64,000 bases of DNA from the NCBI GenBank assembly GCA_034002905.1, contig JAVEZQ010000002.1, positions 31,348-95,347 on the forward strand. Reading direction: 5' to 3'. A model generated the notes under the pieces. It made no database searches. It was not told where the DNA came from and saw only the letters and a list, made by a program, of their open reading frames with translations. This document shows positions 49,632-60,264 of the stretch, in pieces. Position numbers and translations under genes: made by a program. This DNA comes from Alphaproteobacteria bacterium. GTDB taxonomy: Bacteria > Pseudomonadota > Alphaproteobacteria > UBA9219. How positions within the stretch are numbered: position 1 is the stretch's first letter; each line of letters starts with the position of its first letter.

Positions 49632-50237
49632 CTAGGCGTGCCCGACATCGGTGGACAGCATGGTTGGGCTGACACCGATCTTTTCAAGCGCGCGTTTCCA
49701 TTTGCTATCCATATCCCCATCAAAGAGCAAAGCTTCATCCGCTGGTACGGTCAGCCAGCCATTGCCCTGTAACTCGCTCTCCAACTGGCCCGGAGCCCAT
49801 CCGGCATAACCCAAAAGAAGAATAGAGCTTTCGGGCCCGCAGCCTTTGGCCAGATCTTCAAGGATCTCTACCGTCGCAGTGAGGCAAAGACGCTGCGTGA
49901 TAAGAGTCGTTCCCTCTTTCTGATAGTCCGATGTATGCAGAACAAAACCGCGCACTGGATCAACGGGCCCACCATAATGCACAAGACGATCCGCAACACC
50001 CAAATCAGGCTGAATATCGAACTGGGCGAGAAGCCCCTTAAAATTCAGTTCACCGAACAAACGATTGACAACGAGCCCCATCGCCCCTTCGGGCCCATGG
50101 GAGCATATAAACACGATTGACTTTTCAAAGCGGGGGTCAAGCATCGATGGCATGGCAACGAGAAACTGGCCCGTCAGCCACGGACTGTTACGAGGTGGTT
50201 TTGGTTCTTTGCTTTCCGCCATCTTGAATCCACACAT
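49632..50237 (-). CDS. yqgE: YqgE/AlgH family protein (UPF0301)
   Basis: 201 aa. GQFLVAMPSMLDPRFEKSIVFICSHGPEGAMGLVVNR is the family signature. Confidence 0.8.
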   Translation of the reverse strand: MCGFKMAESKEPKPPRNSPWLTGQFLVAMPSMLDPRFEKSIVFICSHGPEGAMGLVVNRLFGELNFKGLLAQFDIQPDLGVADRLVHYGGPVDPVRGFVLHTSDYQKEGTTLITQRLCLTATVEILEDLAKGCGPESSILLLGYAGWAPGQLESELQGNGWLTVPADEALLFDGDMDSKWKRALEKIGVSPTMLSTDVGHA

Positions 50238-50311
50238 TTAAGATCTACTCTTGATCCTATAATATGTTAGGCTTTAACGCAAAGCCTGAATCGTTTTGAC
50301 CGAGCCACAAC

Positions 50312-52438
50312 ATGCCCCGCTTTTTGATCCGTTTTGCTGCCCTGTTTGTTCTTTTCTTTTTGGGGGCTATTAACTCTGGCCAAGCAAGCGACAGCTTTAC
50401 CGCGCCAGAACTTAAAGCCCAACTCAAAATAGCGCCCTCGCCGCGCAAGGATTTTGATGCAATCGTGGGACTTGACTTACAATTGGCCGATGGGTGGCAT
50501 GCCTACTGGCGTTCGCCGGGCGACACAGGCGAGCCAATCGCAATAGACTGGACGGGCTCAGAAAATATCGAAAACCCGACACTTCTCTTCCCCGCACCCC
50601 AACGCTTTCAGGTCGAAGGGGGCGAAATCATCGGGTATGACAGGCAGGTTGTCTTTCCCATAGGGATCAAAATCCCAATTGCGGAGCAAAGCATCACACT
50701 TAAAGCCGATATCAATATCCTTCTATGCAAAGATATCTGCCTACCTTTGATGTTCCAACTGGATCTAGCAGCTCCCACTTTACGAGATGTCGAAGAAGTA
50801 ACGTGGGTCAAAGACGCCTTGCGCGCTATTCCATCAACGGAAAATGCAGTAGGCCTTGCCATCAAAGCCATCCGCAAAGATAATCACGGTTATACCATCG
50901 ATGCGACAAGCCCTACTGCCTTGAACGATCCCGATCTCTTCCTTGAAGAAGGGGACAACCGAACCGTCTTTTTAAAACCAGAGATAAGCTATACGAACGA
51001 ACGCAAGGACGCACAATTTGTCGTTGCCTACGCAACACCCCCAGAAAAGCAATCAACAAGTGATGTGCGCGCTACGCTTGTCGACAAAACCGACACGGGA
51101 AGCAAGCGCGCGTTGGAAGTCACACTCACGCCGACAGCGCAAGCCACAAAAGCGCCCAGCTACACAACACGCTCCCCAAGCGAGGATACAGCGCCGCCAT
51201 CCCTTCTTTTCATCTTGCTGCTTTCTATTCTCGGCGGTTTTATCCTGAACTTGATGCCGTGCGTGTTGCCTGTTCTCTCCCTCAAAATCATGGCGGCCAT
51301 CCGTCATCGCGAACTAGAGCACAGAGCAATTCGTCACAGCTTTCTCTCAACCGCGCTAGGTATTGTCTGTTCCTTTCTTTTGCTCGCCCTCTTGACGATT
51401 GGGCTCAGGCATATTGGCCTGTCTATCGGCTGGGGCATCCAGTTCCAACAGCCCCTCTTCCTCATTCTGATGATTATGCTGCTCACCTTCTTCGCGGCGA
51501 ATATGTGGGGTTTTTTCGAACTCAATCTGCCCCGCTTTATTATGGACAATCTGGATACAACCCAGCATCCGCGTCTGGCTGGCGACTTTGCAACGGGTTT
51601 TCTAGCGACGCTGCTGGCCACACCATGCACCGCGCCGTTTCTGGGCACGGCAATAGGCTTCGCGCTTACAGCAGGAGCTTATCAAACGCTGGCCATCTTC
51701 GCCCTTCTTGGCATCGGCATGGCTACGCCCTACCTGCTTATTGCGGCGGTTCCGCGCTTAGCAACTGTTTTGCCCAAACCGGGACGCTGGATGATGGTCC
51801 TGACCCATCTTCTTGGCGCTGGCATTCTGGGCACCGCGCTTTGGCTCACCTATGTCCTGCAGGCCCAGATTGGGCAGCTTGCGAGCCTCCTTGTTTTGGG
51901 CGGCGTCCTTCTTGTCTTGCTGCTAAGTTACTGGCGTCATCACGCAAAAATCAAAACTTTGTTCACACCACTCATCGCCACGATTATGGCAGGAGCAATA
52001 TTTCTTGTGCATGTTTCATCGATCCCTGCCCCGCTTCAAAATCAAAGTGGCCTGTGGCAACAGTTCGACGAAAGCAAAATTGAACAAGCTATTAAAGACG
52101 GGAAAATCGTCTTTGTCGATATCACGGCGGATTGGTGTTTGAACTGCAAATACAACAAGCGCTTTGTTCTGTCTGACCCGCAGATTGTGGATCAGCTTGC
52201 CGACAAGGATCATGTCCTCGCGATGCAGGGGGACTGGACAAATCCCGATCCGGCCATTACGGCCTATCTTCACAAGCATGGACGATACGGCATACCTTTT
52301 AACGCCGTCTATGGCCCACGCGCACCTGATGGAATCCTACTTCCCGAACTTCTAACTAAGGACGCCGTGCAAAAAGCGATCGACAGCGCGGCCGCGCCAG
52401 CCTGTAGCCGCGATCTGCCGCACGGCAAAACCTGTTAG
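50312..52438 (+). CDS. dsbD: thiol:disulfide interchange protein DsbD
   Basis: 708 aa. A signal peptide, a periplasmic alpha domain, a central 8-TM domain, and a C-terminal thioredoxin domain with WCLNC. Confidence 0.85.
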   Translation: MPRFLIRFAALFVLFFLGAINSGQASDSFTAPELKAQLKIAPSPRKDFDAIVGLDLQLADGWHAYWRSPGDTGEPIAIDWTGSENIENPTLLFPAPQRFQVEGGEIIGYDRQVVFPIGIKIPIAEQSITLKADINILLCKDICLPLMFQLDLAAPTLRDVEEVTWVKDALRAIPSTENAVGLAIKAIRKDNHGYTIDATSPTALNDPDLFLEEGDNRTVFLKPEISYTNERKDAQFVVAYATPPEKQSTSDVRATLVDKTDTGSKRALEVTLTPTAQATKAPSYTTRSPSEDTAPPSLLFILLLSILGGFILNLMPCVLPVLSLKIMAAIRHRELEHRAIRHSFLSTALGIVCSFLLLALLTIGLRHIGLSIGWGIQFQQPLFLILMIMLLTFFAANMWGFFELNLPRFIMDNLDTTQHPRLAGDFATGFLATLLATPCTAPFLGTAIGFALTAGAYQTLAIFALLGIGMATPYLLIAAVPRLATVLPKPGRWMMVLTHLLGAGILGTALWLTYVLQAQIGQLASLLVLGGVLLVLLLSYWRHHAKIKTLFTPLIATIMAGAIFLVHVSSIPAPLQNQSGLWQQFDESKIEQAIKDGKIVFVDITADWCLNCKYNKRFVLSDPQIVDQLADKDHVLAMQGDWTNPDPAITAYLHKHGRYGIPFNAVYGPRAPDGILLPELLTKDAVQKAIDSAAAPACSRDLPHGKTC

Positions 52439-52728
52439 TCTTAACGGTTGAGGGGGTCTGACGATCCGCGTGCCGGGTATGGTCTGGCCGGGAAAATAGG
52501 AACCATTTGAAACCTAGAAAATCCGATGCTCTGGCTCAAGCTCAAAGAGAGGGCGTGCGCTTTCAAGAACGGTGGCACGGCGGCCTTGATCATGAGGTTC
52601 TAGATAGATTCTCATATAACCTCTTTGTAATTATCCGTTTTAATACAGATATTCCATCCTGCGGTTCGCGAGAATAACAACGTATGAAGAATAACAAAGA
52701 ATAAAGGTACAACTTCAATAAAATTCTT

Positions 52729-53184
52729 TTATTTCCTTGGCACAGCCTCGACAGCAAGGCGATCGACGCGCTCGTTTTCCTCATGGCCGTTATGGCCGCG
52801 CACCCAATGAAATTCCACATCATGGCGCGCGACAGCGGCGGCGAGGCGTTGCCACAGATCGACATTCTTCACGGGCTTGTTATCAGCAGTTTTCCAGCCG
52901 CGCTTGATCCATTGCGGCATCCATTTCGTGACGCCATCCATGACATATTTGCTATCCGTCGTAAGTTTGACCTGAGCAGGCTTCTTGAGCGCCTCAAGCG
53001 CCATAATGGCCCCCGTCATTTCCATACGATTATTGGTGGTTTCGACTTCACCGCCTGAAAGCTCTTTTTCTACGTTGCCATAGCGCAATAAAGCCCCCCA
53101 TCCACCGGGACCGGGATTACCGCTGCACGCACCATCTGTAAAAATCTCGACGATTGCTTGATTTGCCGTTTGTTCTTTTGACAT
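52729..53184 (-). CDS. rnhA: ribonuclease HI
   Basis: 151 aa. [20 protein letters not shown]...[13 protein letters not shown]...[19 protein letters not shown] is canonical RNase H. The ORF track extends the frame to 53619, but that upstream part is antisense to the GT9 gene and has no RNase H similarity. Confidence 0.85.
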   Translation of the reverse strand: MSKEQTANQAIVEIFTDGACSGNPGPGGWGALLRYGNVEKELSGGEVETTNNRMEMTGAIMALEALKKPAQVKLTTDSKYVMDGVTKWMPQWIKRGWKTADNKPVKNVDLWQRLAAAVARHDVEFHWVRGHNGHEENERVDRLAVEAVPRK

Positions 53185-53238
53185 CAACGCCTTTTGCCCT
53201 GTACATTTACGGCCTGAACCATAGACCAATCGACTGCC

Positions 53239-54231
53239 ATGCGCATCCTTTTTATTACAGCCAACTGTATCGGCGATGCCGTCCTGACAACGGGCGTCTT
53301 GTCCTATCTGGTCGACAAATACCCGCAAGCACTGTTCACCATCGCTTGCGGCCCTGTCGCAGCGGATCTGTTCCGCGCCGTACCGCGCCTTGAGAAATTG
53401 ATCCTTCTCCAAAAGCAAAAGCGCCATGGTCATTGGCGGCGTCTTTGGCGCGAATGCGTGGGAACGAAGTGGGATATCATAGTCGATCTGCGCAACAGCT
53501 TGATCACACGTTTTCTCTTCGCGGGGAAAGTCTATTACCGCCTGTCCCATAACACGGGCGCGCATAAGGTTGTCGATCATGCCCGTGCGCTCAAGCTTAA
53601 TCACATTCCGGCACCTCATATCTGGATAGACCCTCTAGCCGAAGCCAAAGCCAAGGCGATTTGCTCCAACAACATGACCCCGATCATCGCCTTTGGCCCT
53701 GCCGCCAACTGGCCGCCTAAACAATGGCCCATCGAGAATTTTGTGGACTTGGCACGCGCCTTGGTTGGCCCGCATGGCCCCTATGAAGGCGCAAAGGTGA
53801 TGATCATCGCCGCACCGCATGAACGCGAACAAGTCGCATGGTTGATGGGGGCCTTCCCGCGTGAACAAGTCCTCGACCTGATCGGCTTTGACTTGTTGAG
53901 CGTGGCCGCCTGCCTCAAGCGTTGTCAATTGTTCGTCGGGAATGACAGTGGCCTGATGCATATCGCCGCCGCCGTGGGAACACCGACCATCGGACTGTTT
54001 GGACCGGGCTGGGAAAAAGTCTATGGCCCATGGGGCGAGCACACACGCGTCGTGCACACGCCCGAAGGTTCACAAGAACTACTTGATCAATTGCCAACTG
54101 TCGGGGCCAACGCGCCGAACCTAATGGGGTCGTTAACCGTCGAATCCGTGCTGGATGGCGTTCAAGAACTGATAGAAAGCGCACCCGCTCCTAGAAAGCC
54201 TCAAAAATCGCCACAGAGAGGCCGTGAGTAG
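53239..54231 (+). CDS. glycosyltransferase family 9 (ADP-heptose:LPS heptosyltransferase-like)
   Basis: [21 protein letters not shown]...[28 protein letters not shown] match GT9 heptosyltransferase motifs. This is consistent with hldD/hldE elsewhere in the window. Confidence 0.8.
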   Translation: MRILFITANCIGDAVLTTGVLSYLVDKYPQALFTIACGPVAADLFRAVPRLEKLILLQKQKRHGHWRRLWRECVGTKWDIIVDLRNSLITRFLFAGKVYYRLSHNTGAHKVVDHARALKLNHIPAPHIWIDPLAEAKAKAICSNNMTPIIAFGPAANWPPKQWPIENFVDLARALVGPHGPYEGAKVMIIAAPHEREQVAWLMGAFPREQVLDLIGFDLLSVAACLKRCQLFVGNDSGLMHIAAAVGTPTIGLFGPGWEKVYGPWGEHTRVVHTPEGSQELLDQLPTVGANAPNLMGSLTVESVLDGVQELIESAPAPRKPQKSPQRGRE

Positions 54232-54322
54232 CCTAAAACGACTCACATGCCACTCTCACTTAGCCCAAGATTCTTTGCTTATCCACAGCTCGTTTTTAGT
54301 GATTTATGACTATGGTGCGAAT

Positions 54323-54622
54323 TTAGGTTAACGCCATCTCTTTAGCAGTACCACATGCCGGAACTTGTCTGATTCCTCGGCACCCTTTGCCAATCATCTC
54401 GCGACCAATCGTGACGAGCACATCGGCATGCTCCTGCGGTAAAGTTACACTATAGACGAATTCATGGGTCATAGGATTGAGATCGACCTTCGTAGCGTCA
54501 TGCGGATCAAAACCATGGCCCTTCACCGTCTCTTCCACCGCACGCCTGAACGCGTTCTTATACGTAATAGATGTATAGCGCAAAAAACAATTGCTATCAT
54601 CGACATGAATATTGCGGTTCAT
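54323..54622 (-). CDS. hypothetical small protein (99 aa)
   Basis: A clean ORF between the GT9 gene and ppdK. No recognised domain. Confidence 0.3.
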   Translation of the reverse strand: MNRNIHVDDSNCFLRYTSITYKNAFRRAVEETVKGHGFDPHDATKVDLNPMTHEFVYSVTLPQEHADVLVTIGREMIGKGCRGIRQVPACGTAKEMALT

Positions 54623-54643
54623 AACCTTCTCCTAACTCAACTC

Positions 54644-57343
54644 TTATGCTGCATTCAAACGCGCTTGCACGTCCTTGTCGGACTCAATCGCAGCCTGCGC
54701 AGCGGCAAGGCGAGCGATAGGCACGCGATAAGGCGAGCAAGAAACGTAATTCAATCCGACGCGATGACAGAAACGAACCGAAGCCGGATCGCCGCCATGC
54801 TCGCCGCAAATGCCGAGCTTGATATCCTTGCGTGTGGCGCGTCCGCGTTCCGTCGCAATCTTGATCAACTCGCCCACGCCATCCTGATCGATGGTGACAA
54901 AGGGGTCCTGCTCCAGCACGTTATTGCGATAATAGTCCGGCAAGAAAGAACCTGCGTCATCACGGCTGAGACCAAAGGTGGTCTGCGTAAGGTCGTTGGT
55001 GCCAAAGCTGAAGAACTCTGCCGTTTCAGCAATCTTGCCCGCCTGAAGCGCTGCGCGCGGCAGCTCGATCATCGTACCGACCATATAGGCAAACTCAATG
55101 CCCGCTTCCTTCATCATCTCTGACGCAACGCCACGCACCAACTTCTCAAGCTTATCCAGCTCGGCCTTGATCGCAACAAGCGGGATCATGACTTCGGGAA
55201 GAACCGTCTTGCCCTGTTTCTTCATGGCGATGACCGCACCAAAGATCGCACGCGCCTGCATCTCATAAATCTCGGGATACGAAATACCGAGGCGGCACCC
55301 ACGATGGCCGAGCATCGGGTTGGATTCATGAAGCGCGGCGGCGCGTCGCTCAACCTGCGCGACATTAATGCCAGCCCCTTTCGCAACGTCGGCCATCTCG
55401 CTTGCCGTCTTGGGAAGGAATTCATGCAATGGCGGATCGAGTAAACGGATCGTGACGGGCAAACCATCCATGATCGTGAACAAATCCTCAAAATCCTTTT
55501 GCTGCATCGGCAAAAGCTTGGCAAGCGCGGCGCGACGACCAGCTTCATCCGAAGCGATAATCATCTCGCGCATTGCAATGATACGATCGGCATCAAAGAA
55601 CATATGCTCCGTACGGCACAAGCCAATGCCCTCGGCCCCAAACTTGACCGCCGTACGCGCATCAAGCGGCGTTTCCGCATTGGTGCGGACCTTCAGCGTA
55701 CGCACAGCATCCGCCCATCGCATGATTGTCGCAAAATCACCGGAAAGCTCGGGCTGGATCGTCGGGACTTCACCCAGCATGATCTCACCTTTCGAACCAT
55801 CGATCGTGATCTTGTCACCCTCTTTGACGGTCACGCCCTTGACGCTCATCGTCTTGGCTTTGTAGTCGATGGAAAGTTCACCCGCGCCAGCGACACAAGC
55901 GCGACCCATGCCACGTGCAACGACGGCGGCATGGCTTGTCATACCGCCACGGCTCGTGATGATTCCCTGCGCGGCATGCATGCCGTGAATATCTTCTGGG
56001 CTTGTCTCGATACGACAGAGAATGACTTTGTGACCCTTGTTCGCCATGTCTTCGGCTTCATCAGCGGAAAAGACGGCCATACCCGACGCCGCACCTGGCG
56101 AAGCGGGCAAGCCCTTTGCAATAATGTTCCGCTGCGCCTTCGGATCAAGCATCGGGTGCAAAAGCTGATCGAGCGACGAAGGCTCGATCCGTTTGATCGC
56201 TTCTTCTTTTGAGATCACGCCTTCTTCGACCATCGACACGGCAATTTTGAGCGCGGCGGGAGCCGTACGCTTGCCCGTGCGAGTCTGCAGCATATAAAGC
56301 TTCTTTTGCTGCACCGTAAACTCGATATCCTGCATATCGCGATAGTGCGCTTCAAGCTTCAGGCGCACATCATTCAACTGGGTAAAGACGTCCGGCATCA
56401 CTTCTTCCATCGCAGGAAGGTTCGAGCCATTTTCTTGTTTGCCCTTGATGGTCAAATGCTGCGGCGTGCGGATACCGGCAACGACATCCTCGCCCTGTGC
56501 ATTGACGAGATATTCACCATAGAACGCATTCTCACCCGTCGAAGGATTGCGCGTAAACGCAACGCCCGTGCAGCAATCTTCGCCCATATTGCCAAAGACC
56601 ATCGCTTGGACATTGACAGCCGTGCCCCAATCGGCGGGGATATCGTTCAAACGGCGATAGGTGATGGCGCGTTGGTTCATCCATGAACCGAACACGGCAC
56701 CAACCGCCCCCCAAAGCTGTTCGTGCACATCTTGCGGGAAAGGCTTGCCAAGCTCTTTTTGAACCAAGGCAAGATAAGATTCGATCACCTCGCTCCAGTC
56801 TTGCGCTGTCATCTGCGTATCTTGCGTATATCCGCGTGCGCGTTTGACATCGTCCATCACATCTTCAAACTTGTGCATGGAGATTTCGAGCACGACCGAG
56901 CTGTACATCTGGATAAAGCGACGATAGCTGTCATAAGCGAAACGCGCATCGCCGCTACGGGCGACAAGGCCTTCGACAGTCTGCTTATTCAAACCAAGAT
57001 TGAGAATAGTGTCCATCATGCCCGGCATTGAAGCGCGCGCGCCCGAACGCACGGATACGAGCAAAGGATTAGCCGCATCGCCAAACGTGCAACCGACGAT
57101 TCCCTCAACCGCTTTGATTGCCGCGGCGACCTCATCCTTCAGGCTTTCGGGATAACTGTTGTTGTTCGCATAGAAATAGGTGCAAACCTCAGTCGTGATT
57201 GTAAAGCCGGGAGGAACGGGAAGACCAAGGCTACTCATTTCGGCCAAGCCAGCCCCTTTACCGCCAAGCAGATTGCGCATATCGGCGCGACCTTCTGCTT
57301 GACCATCACCAAAAGAATAAACCCATTTGGTTTGACCCGTCAT
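54644..57343 (-). CDS. ppdK: pyruvate, phosphate dikinase
   Basis: About 900 aa. An N-terminal ATP-grasp region (…GGKGAGLAEM), the central phospho-His domain (GGMTSHAAVVARGMG), and a C-terminal PEP-utilising TIM barrel (…NDLTQ…, ICGE). The ATG at 57343 (MTGQTKWVYSF) is preceded by aaggag. The ORF track opens at 57472. Confidence 0.9.
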   Translation of the reverse strand: MTGQTKWVYSFGDGQAEGRADMRNLLGGKGAGLAEMSSLGLPVPPGFTITTEVCTYFYANNNSYPESLKDEVAAAIKAVEGIVGCTFGDAANPLLVSVRSGARASMPGMMDTILNLGLNKQTVEGLVARSGDARFAYDSYRRFIQMYSSVVLEISMHKFEDVMDDVKRARGYTQDTQMTAQDWSEVIESYLALVQKELGKPFPQDVHEQLWGAVGAVFGSWMNQRAITYRRLNDIPADWGTAVNVQAMVFGNMGEDCCTGVAFTRNPSTGENAFYGEYLVNAQGEDVVAGIRTPQHLTIKGKQENGSNLPAMEEVMPDVFTQLNDVRLKLEAHYRDMQDIEFTVQQKKLYMLQTRTGKRTAPAALKIAVSMVEEGVISKEEAIKRIEPSSLDQLLHPMLDPKAQRNIIAKGLPASPGAASGMAVFSADEAEDMANKGHKVILCRIETSPEDIHGMHAAQGIITSRGGMTSHAAVVARGMGRACVAGAGELSIDYKAKTMSVKGVTVKEGDKITIDGSKGEIMLGEVPTIQPELSGDFATIMRWADAVRTLKVRTNAETPLDARTAVKFGAEGIGLCRTEHMFFDADRIIAMREMIIASDEAGRRAALAKLLPMQQKDFEDLFTIMDGLPVTIRLLDPPLHEFLPKTASEMADVAKGAGINVAQVERRAAALHESNPMLGHRGCRLGISYPEIYEMQARAIFGAVIAMKKQGKTVLPEVMIPLVAIKAELDKLEKLVRGVASEMMKEAGIEFAYMVGTMIELPRAALQAGKIAETAEFFSFGTNDLTQTTFGLSRDDAGSFLPDYYRNNVLEQDPFVTIDQDGVGELIKIATERGRATRKDIKLGICGEHGGDPASVRFCHRVGLNYVSCSPYRVPIARLAAAQAAIESDKDVQARLNAA

Positions 57344-57565
57344 TGCCCCTATCTCCTTTGAAAGGTTGGTGTCGTAATGCGCGGGACGATAGCCTTTTTG
57401 CCGCACAGACTCAATGGCAATCCGATTGATACCAAAATTAACTATTAGCACTCTTTCAAATACTGATTTCACCGATTATTTATTTACATCTTGTCGTTTT
57501 CAGAGACTCAACTTAGCATTCGCGTGGCTTCATTAGATTCTCACTTTAAGAAGAAAGGCGGGGTA

Positions 57566-58414
57566 ATGAATATGCAGATTGGCAAGGCTTACACCCTTGC
57601 CTCCAAGATGACTGAATCCTTCCCCTATGACCGGGTCCTCATCTCACTCGGCGCCTGTATCCACACTCAATCGGACTTGTTTGAACAAACAAACAAAAAA
57701 TATAGAAGTGCCAGAACAACAGTAACGGAAACCGTCAATATCATGCAACGGGTGGATACTGATGCCTTTATTAATTCGATCCCGAACCCCTTTTCTTCTA
57801 AACAGCTCTCCCTTTTGCGCTACAATCCAAACCGCAAAGAAAACAACAAGAATCCTGAAACCAGCTGGCTGCAGGCTCTAGAACAAACGCTCAACCAATC
57901 CCATGCGCATGTCGCAGTTGGTCTTTTTGAAGCGCTCGAATGGTTCCAAGAACAGAAGATCACCCCGTATATCCTTTCGCATCGGCCTAAAGAAGTTATC
58001 AATTTATACCTGACGAAAATCTCCGGTTCTGATCGTGACAGCCTTTTAGGACTGATTCCAAGTGACAGGCATATCACATGTGATCTGGTTGAACCCTCTC
58101 GCCGTAACGTCGTGCTCAATGGCGCTCGAGTCCATGCTGATATCTACCCTGATCTTCAACGGATAAAGGGGTTCAAACCGGAAACAACGCTTGTCATCGA
58201 AAATCATCTCAAATCCACGCTGGATGCAACTGAGAATGGTTATACAACAATAGGTTACACAGATGATCGCTGTGATGTTGTTTGTGCAGACGGCATTCGC
58301 TTTGCCGGAGCTGTAACCACTTTTACCATGTGGGACGAGGTTCAGGATGCCGTCAGAAGCAGCCTTTACAGCCAAAAGACTGGCCCCGCCCCCCAAAACG
58401 CCGCCCCCTGTTAA
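57566..58414 (+). CDS. hypothetical protein (~282 aa) in an AT-richer islet between ppdK and rpsF
   Basis: ORF track 57491..58414. The ATG at 57566 (MNMQIGKAYTL) is preceded by aaggcgggg. No recognised domain and no signal peptide. Confidence 0.45.
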   Translation: MNMQIGKAYTLASKMTESFPYDRVLISLGACIHTQSDLFEQTNKKYRSARTTVTETVNIMQRVDTDAFINSIPNPFSSKQLSLLRYNPNRKENNKNPETSWLQALEQTLNQSHAHVAVGLFEALEWFQEQKITPYILSHRPKEVINLYLTKISGSDRDSLLGLIPSDRHITCDLVEPSRRNVVLNGARVHADIYPDLQRIKGFKPETTLVIENHLKSTLDATENGYTTIGYTDDRCDVVCADGIRFAGAVTTFTMWDEVQDAVRSSLYSQKTGPAPQNAAPC

Positions 58415-58593
58415 GGGGTTTAGACCTGAAATTATTCGGCTTTAGGCTTGCATTGCCTGCTTGAGGGCGCTATAGACCCCCTCATACCTCCTTGCTGGAC
58501 GTATAGGACGTTCAGCTTGGTCAATGCGGCTGATGCTTTGGGGTGGGCCCAAACCAGCGGTTGACCGCCCAAATCCATAGGGAGTGTGGATCG

Positions 58594-58983
58594 ATGCCAT
58601 ACTATGAGTCTATCTTTATTGCGCGTCAGGATGTTCCTGCGACGCAAGTTGAAGCCCTCACCAAAACATTCAGCGAAATCGTGACGAACCACGGCGGCGC
58701 GGTCAAAAAGACCGAGCAATGGGGTCTGCGTACCTTGGCCTATCGTATTCGCAAGAACAAGAAGGGCCATTATGTCCTGATGAACCTCGACGCGCCGGCT
58801 GACGCCGTTGCGGAGATGGAGCGCAATATGCGCCTGAACGAAGACGTGCTTCGCTATTTGACCGTCAAGGTTGAAAAGCTGGAGGACGGTCCCTCGGTCA
58901 TGATGCGCCGTGACGAACGCGACAGCAACGAACGGGTCGCCCGCGGTCCTCGCGCACCTCGCAGCGCCGCCATTGAAGAATAA
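58594..58983 (+). CDS. rpsF: 30S ribosomal protein S6
   Basis: MPYYESIFIARQDV... is canonical S6 with an acidic C-terminal tail. GGAG lies 9 nt upstream. The ORF track opens at a GTG at 58543. Confidence 0.9.
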   Translation: MPYYESIFIARQDVPATQVEALTKTFSEIVTNHGGAVKKTEQWGLRTLAYRIRKNKKGHYVLMNLDAPADAVAEMERNMRLNEDVLRYLTVKVEKLEDGPSVMMRRDERDSNERVARGPRAPRSAAIEE

Positions 58984-59011
58984 CCCATTTTGATGATCAG
59001 GAGATAATCCC

Positions 59012-59320
59012 ATGAGCACTGAAAGAACACCAAGCAGCAAGCCAGCTTCCGGCGGCCGTCGTCCCTCAGGTGGGGGCGCCAGCGGGGGCGGTCATTTCTG
59101 GGGCCGTCGCAAGACCGATCCTTTTGAAGGGGCCGAAGGCATCAAGATCGATTACAAAGACGTCCGGACACTTGGCCGCTTTATTTCCGAGCGCGGCAAA
59201 ATCGTCCCTTCGCGCATCACGGCCGTTTCAGGCAAGAACCAGCGCAAGCTGGCGCAGGCGATCAAGGTCGCCCGCTATCTCGCCCTGTTGCCTTATGTCA
59301 ATGATCGCGCCGGCGCCTAA
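59012..59320 (+). CDS. rpsR: 30S ribosomal protein S18 (with Gly/Arg-rich N-terminal extension)
   Basis: …[53 protein letters not shown] is canonical S18. Confidence 0.9.
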   Translation: MSTERTPSSKPASGGRRPSGGGASGGGHFWGRRKTDPFEGAEGIKIDYKDVRTLGRFISERGKIVPSRITAVSGKNQRKLAQAIKVARYLALLPYVNDRAGA

Positions 59321-59347
59321 GATTGCCCGGACTGAGAGGAGAACACC

Positions 59348-59962
59348 ATGATTGAAGTTATCTTGTTAGAGAGAATTGAACGTCTGGGCACGATGGGCCA
59401 GACGGTCAAGGTTCGCCCGGGCTACGCCCGCAACTACCTCCTGCCCCAGAAAAAGGCGCTTCGTGCAACGAAGGCCAATCTGGAGCTGTTTGAAAAGCAA
59501 CGCGCCGAACTGGAAGCAAAGAATGCCACCAAGCGCGTCGACGCCGAAAAGCTTGCAACGACAATGAACGACATGAAGGTCATCATCATTCGTCAGGCCA
59601 GTGAAATGGGCATGCTTTACGGTTCTGTTTCCGCACGTGACGTGGCTGATGCTTTGAAGGAAGCCGGAAAGCCAGCCGATCGTTCGATGATCCAGATCGA
59701 TACACCGATCAAGACGCTGGGCCTGTTCCCCGTCAAAGTGAAGCTTCATCCCGAAGTATCAATCAAGATCACGGTCAACGTTGCCCGTTCACCTGAAGAA
59801 GCCATTATTCAGGCTGAAAAAGGTATCGCTATTCTGAAGGCTGCTGAAAAAGCTGCACAAGAAGAAGCCGAACGCGCGATGATCGAATCCATCGGCGTTC
59901 CTTCGAACGAAGCGCAGATGATCGCCGAGGCTGAAGCAGCTAAGGAAGAAAAGGCGAAGTAA
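59348..59962 (+). CDS. rplI: 50S ribosomal protein L9 (with Ala/Glu-rich C-terminal extension)
   Basis: MIEVILLERIERLGTMGQTVKVRPGYARNYLLPQKKA is canonical L9. Confidence 0.9.
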   Translation: MIEVILLERIERLGTMGQTVKVRPGYARNYLLPQKKALRATKANLELFEKQRAELEAKNATKRVDAEKLATTMNDMKVIIIRQASEMGMLYGSVSARDVADALKEAGKPADRSMIQIDTPIKTLGLFPVKVKLHPEVSIKITVNVARSPEEAIIQAEKGIAILKAAEKAAQEEAERAMIESIGVPSNEAQMIAEAEAAKEEKAK

Positions 59963-59985
59963 TCCCTTTTCTCATACGACACAAA

Positions 59986-60023
59986 CGGGGCGTCTTTCCC
60001 AACGAAAGGCGCCCTGTTTTTTT
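59986..60023 (+). terminator. rho-independent terminator after rpsF-rpsR-rplI
   Basis: gggcgtctttcccaacgaaaggcgccc followed by TGTTTTTTT. The stem is ~10–11 bp including one G·U pair. Confidence 0.8.
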
Positions 60024-60264
60024 GTGTTGTAACGCAGGATCAAAACATAGCCGAGGGCTTGGCTCCTGTGGATTGGATGTTTGGATACCCGTCCGCGCGG
60101 GAATAACAGAGCTTATATAGAAATGACATCGCCCGATTCACAGTTGTCACTCCCACGAAAGCGGAAGCCCATACACCGCTTCAATATAAAGCAGGCGATA
60201 GGTGTATTTGCGGAAAGTCACAGACCATATTCCCTTTGGCAACAAAAAGGACTAGTCTATACGG

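Noticed and set aside
53185-53619. N-terminal 145 aa of the 296-aa ORF 52729..53619 (apparent long RNase HI)
   Set aside because: RNase H similarity begins only at MSKEQTANQ (ATG at 53184). The upstream part is antisense to the well-supported GT9 heptosyltransferase gene and is simply open reading frame.
55368-57031. Several plus-strand ORFs (55368..55865, 55499..56212, 56306..56686, 56723..57031) within ppdK
   Set aside because: They are antisense to pyruvate phosphate dikinase. Their composition is typical of spurious frames.
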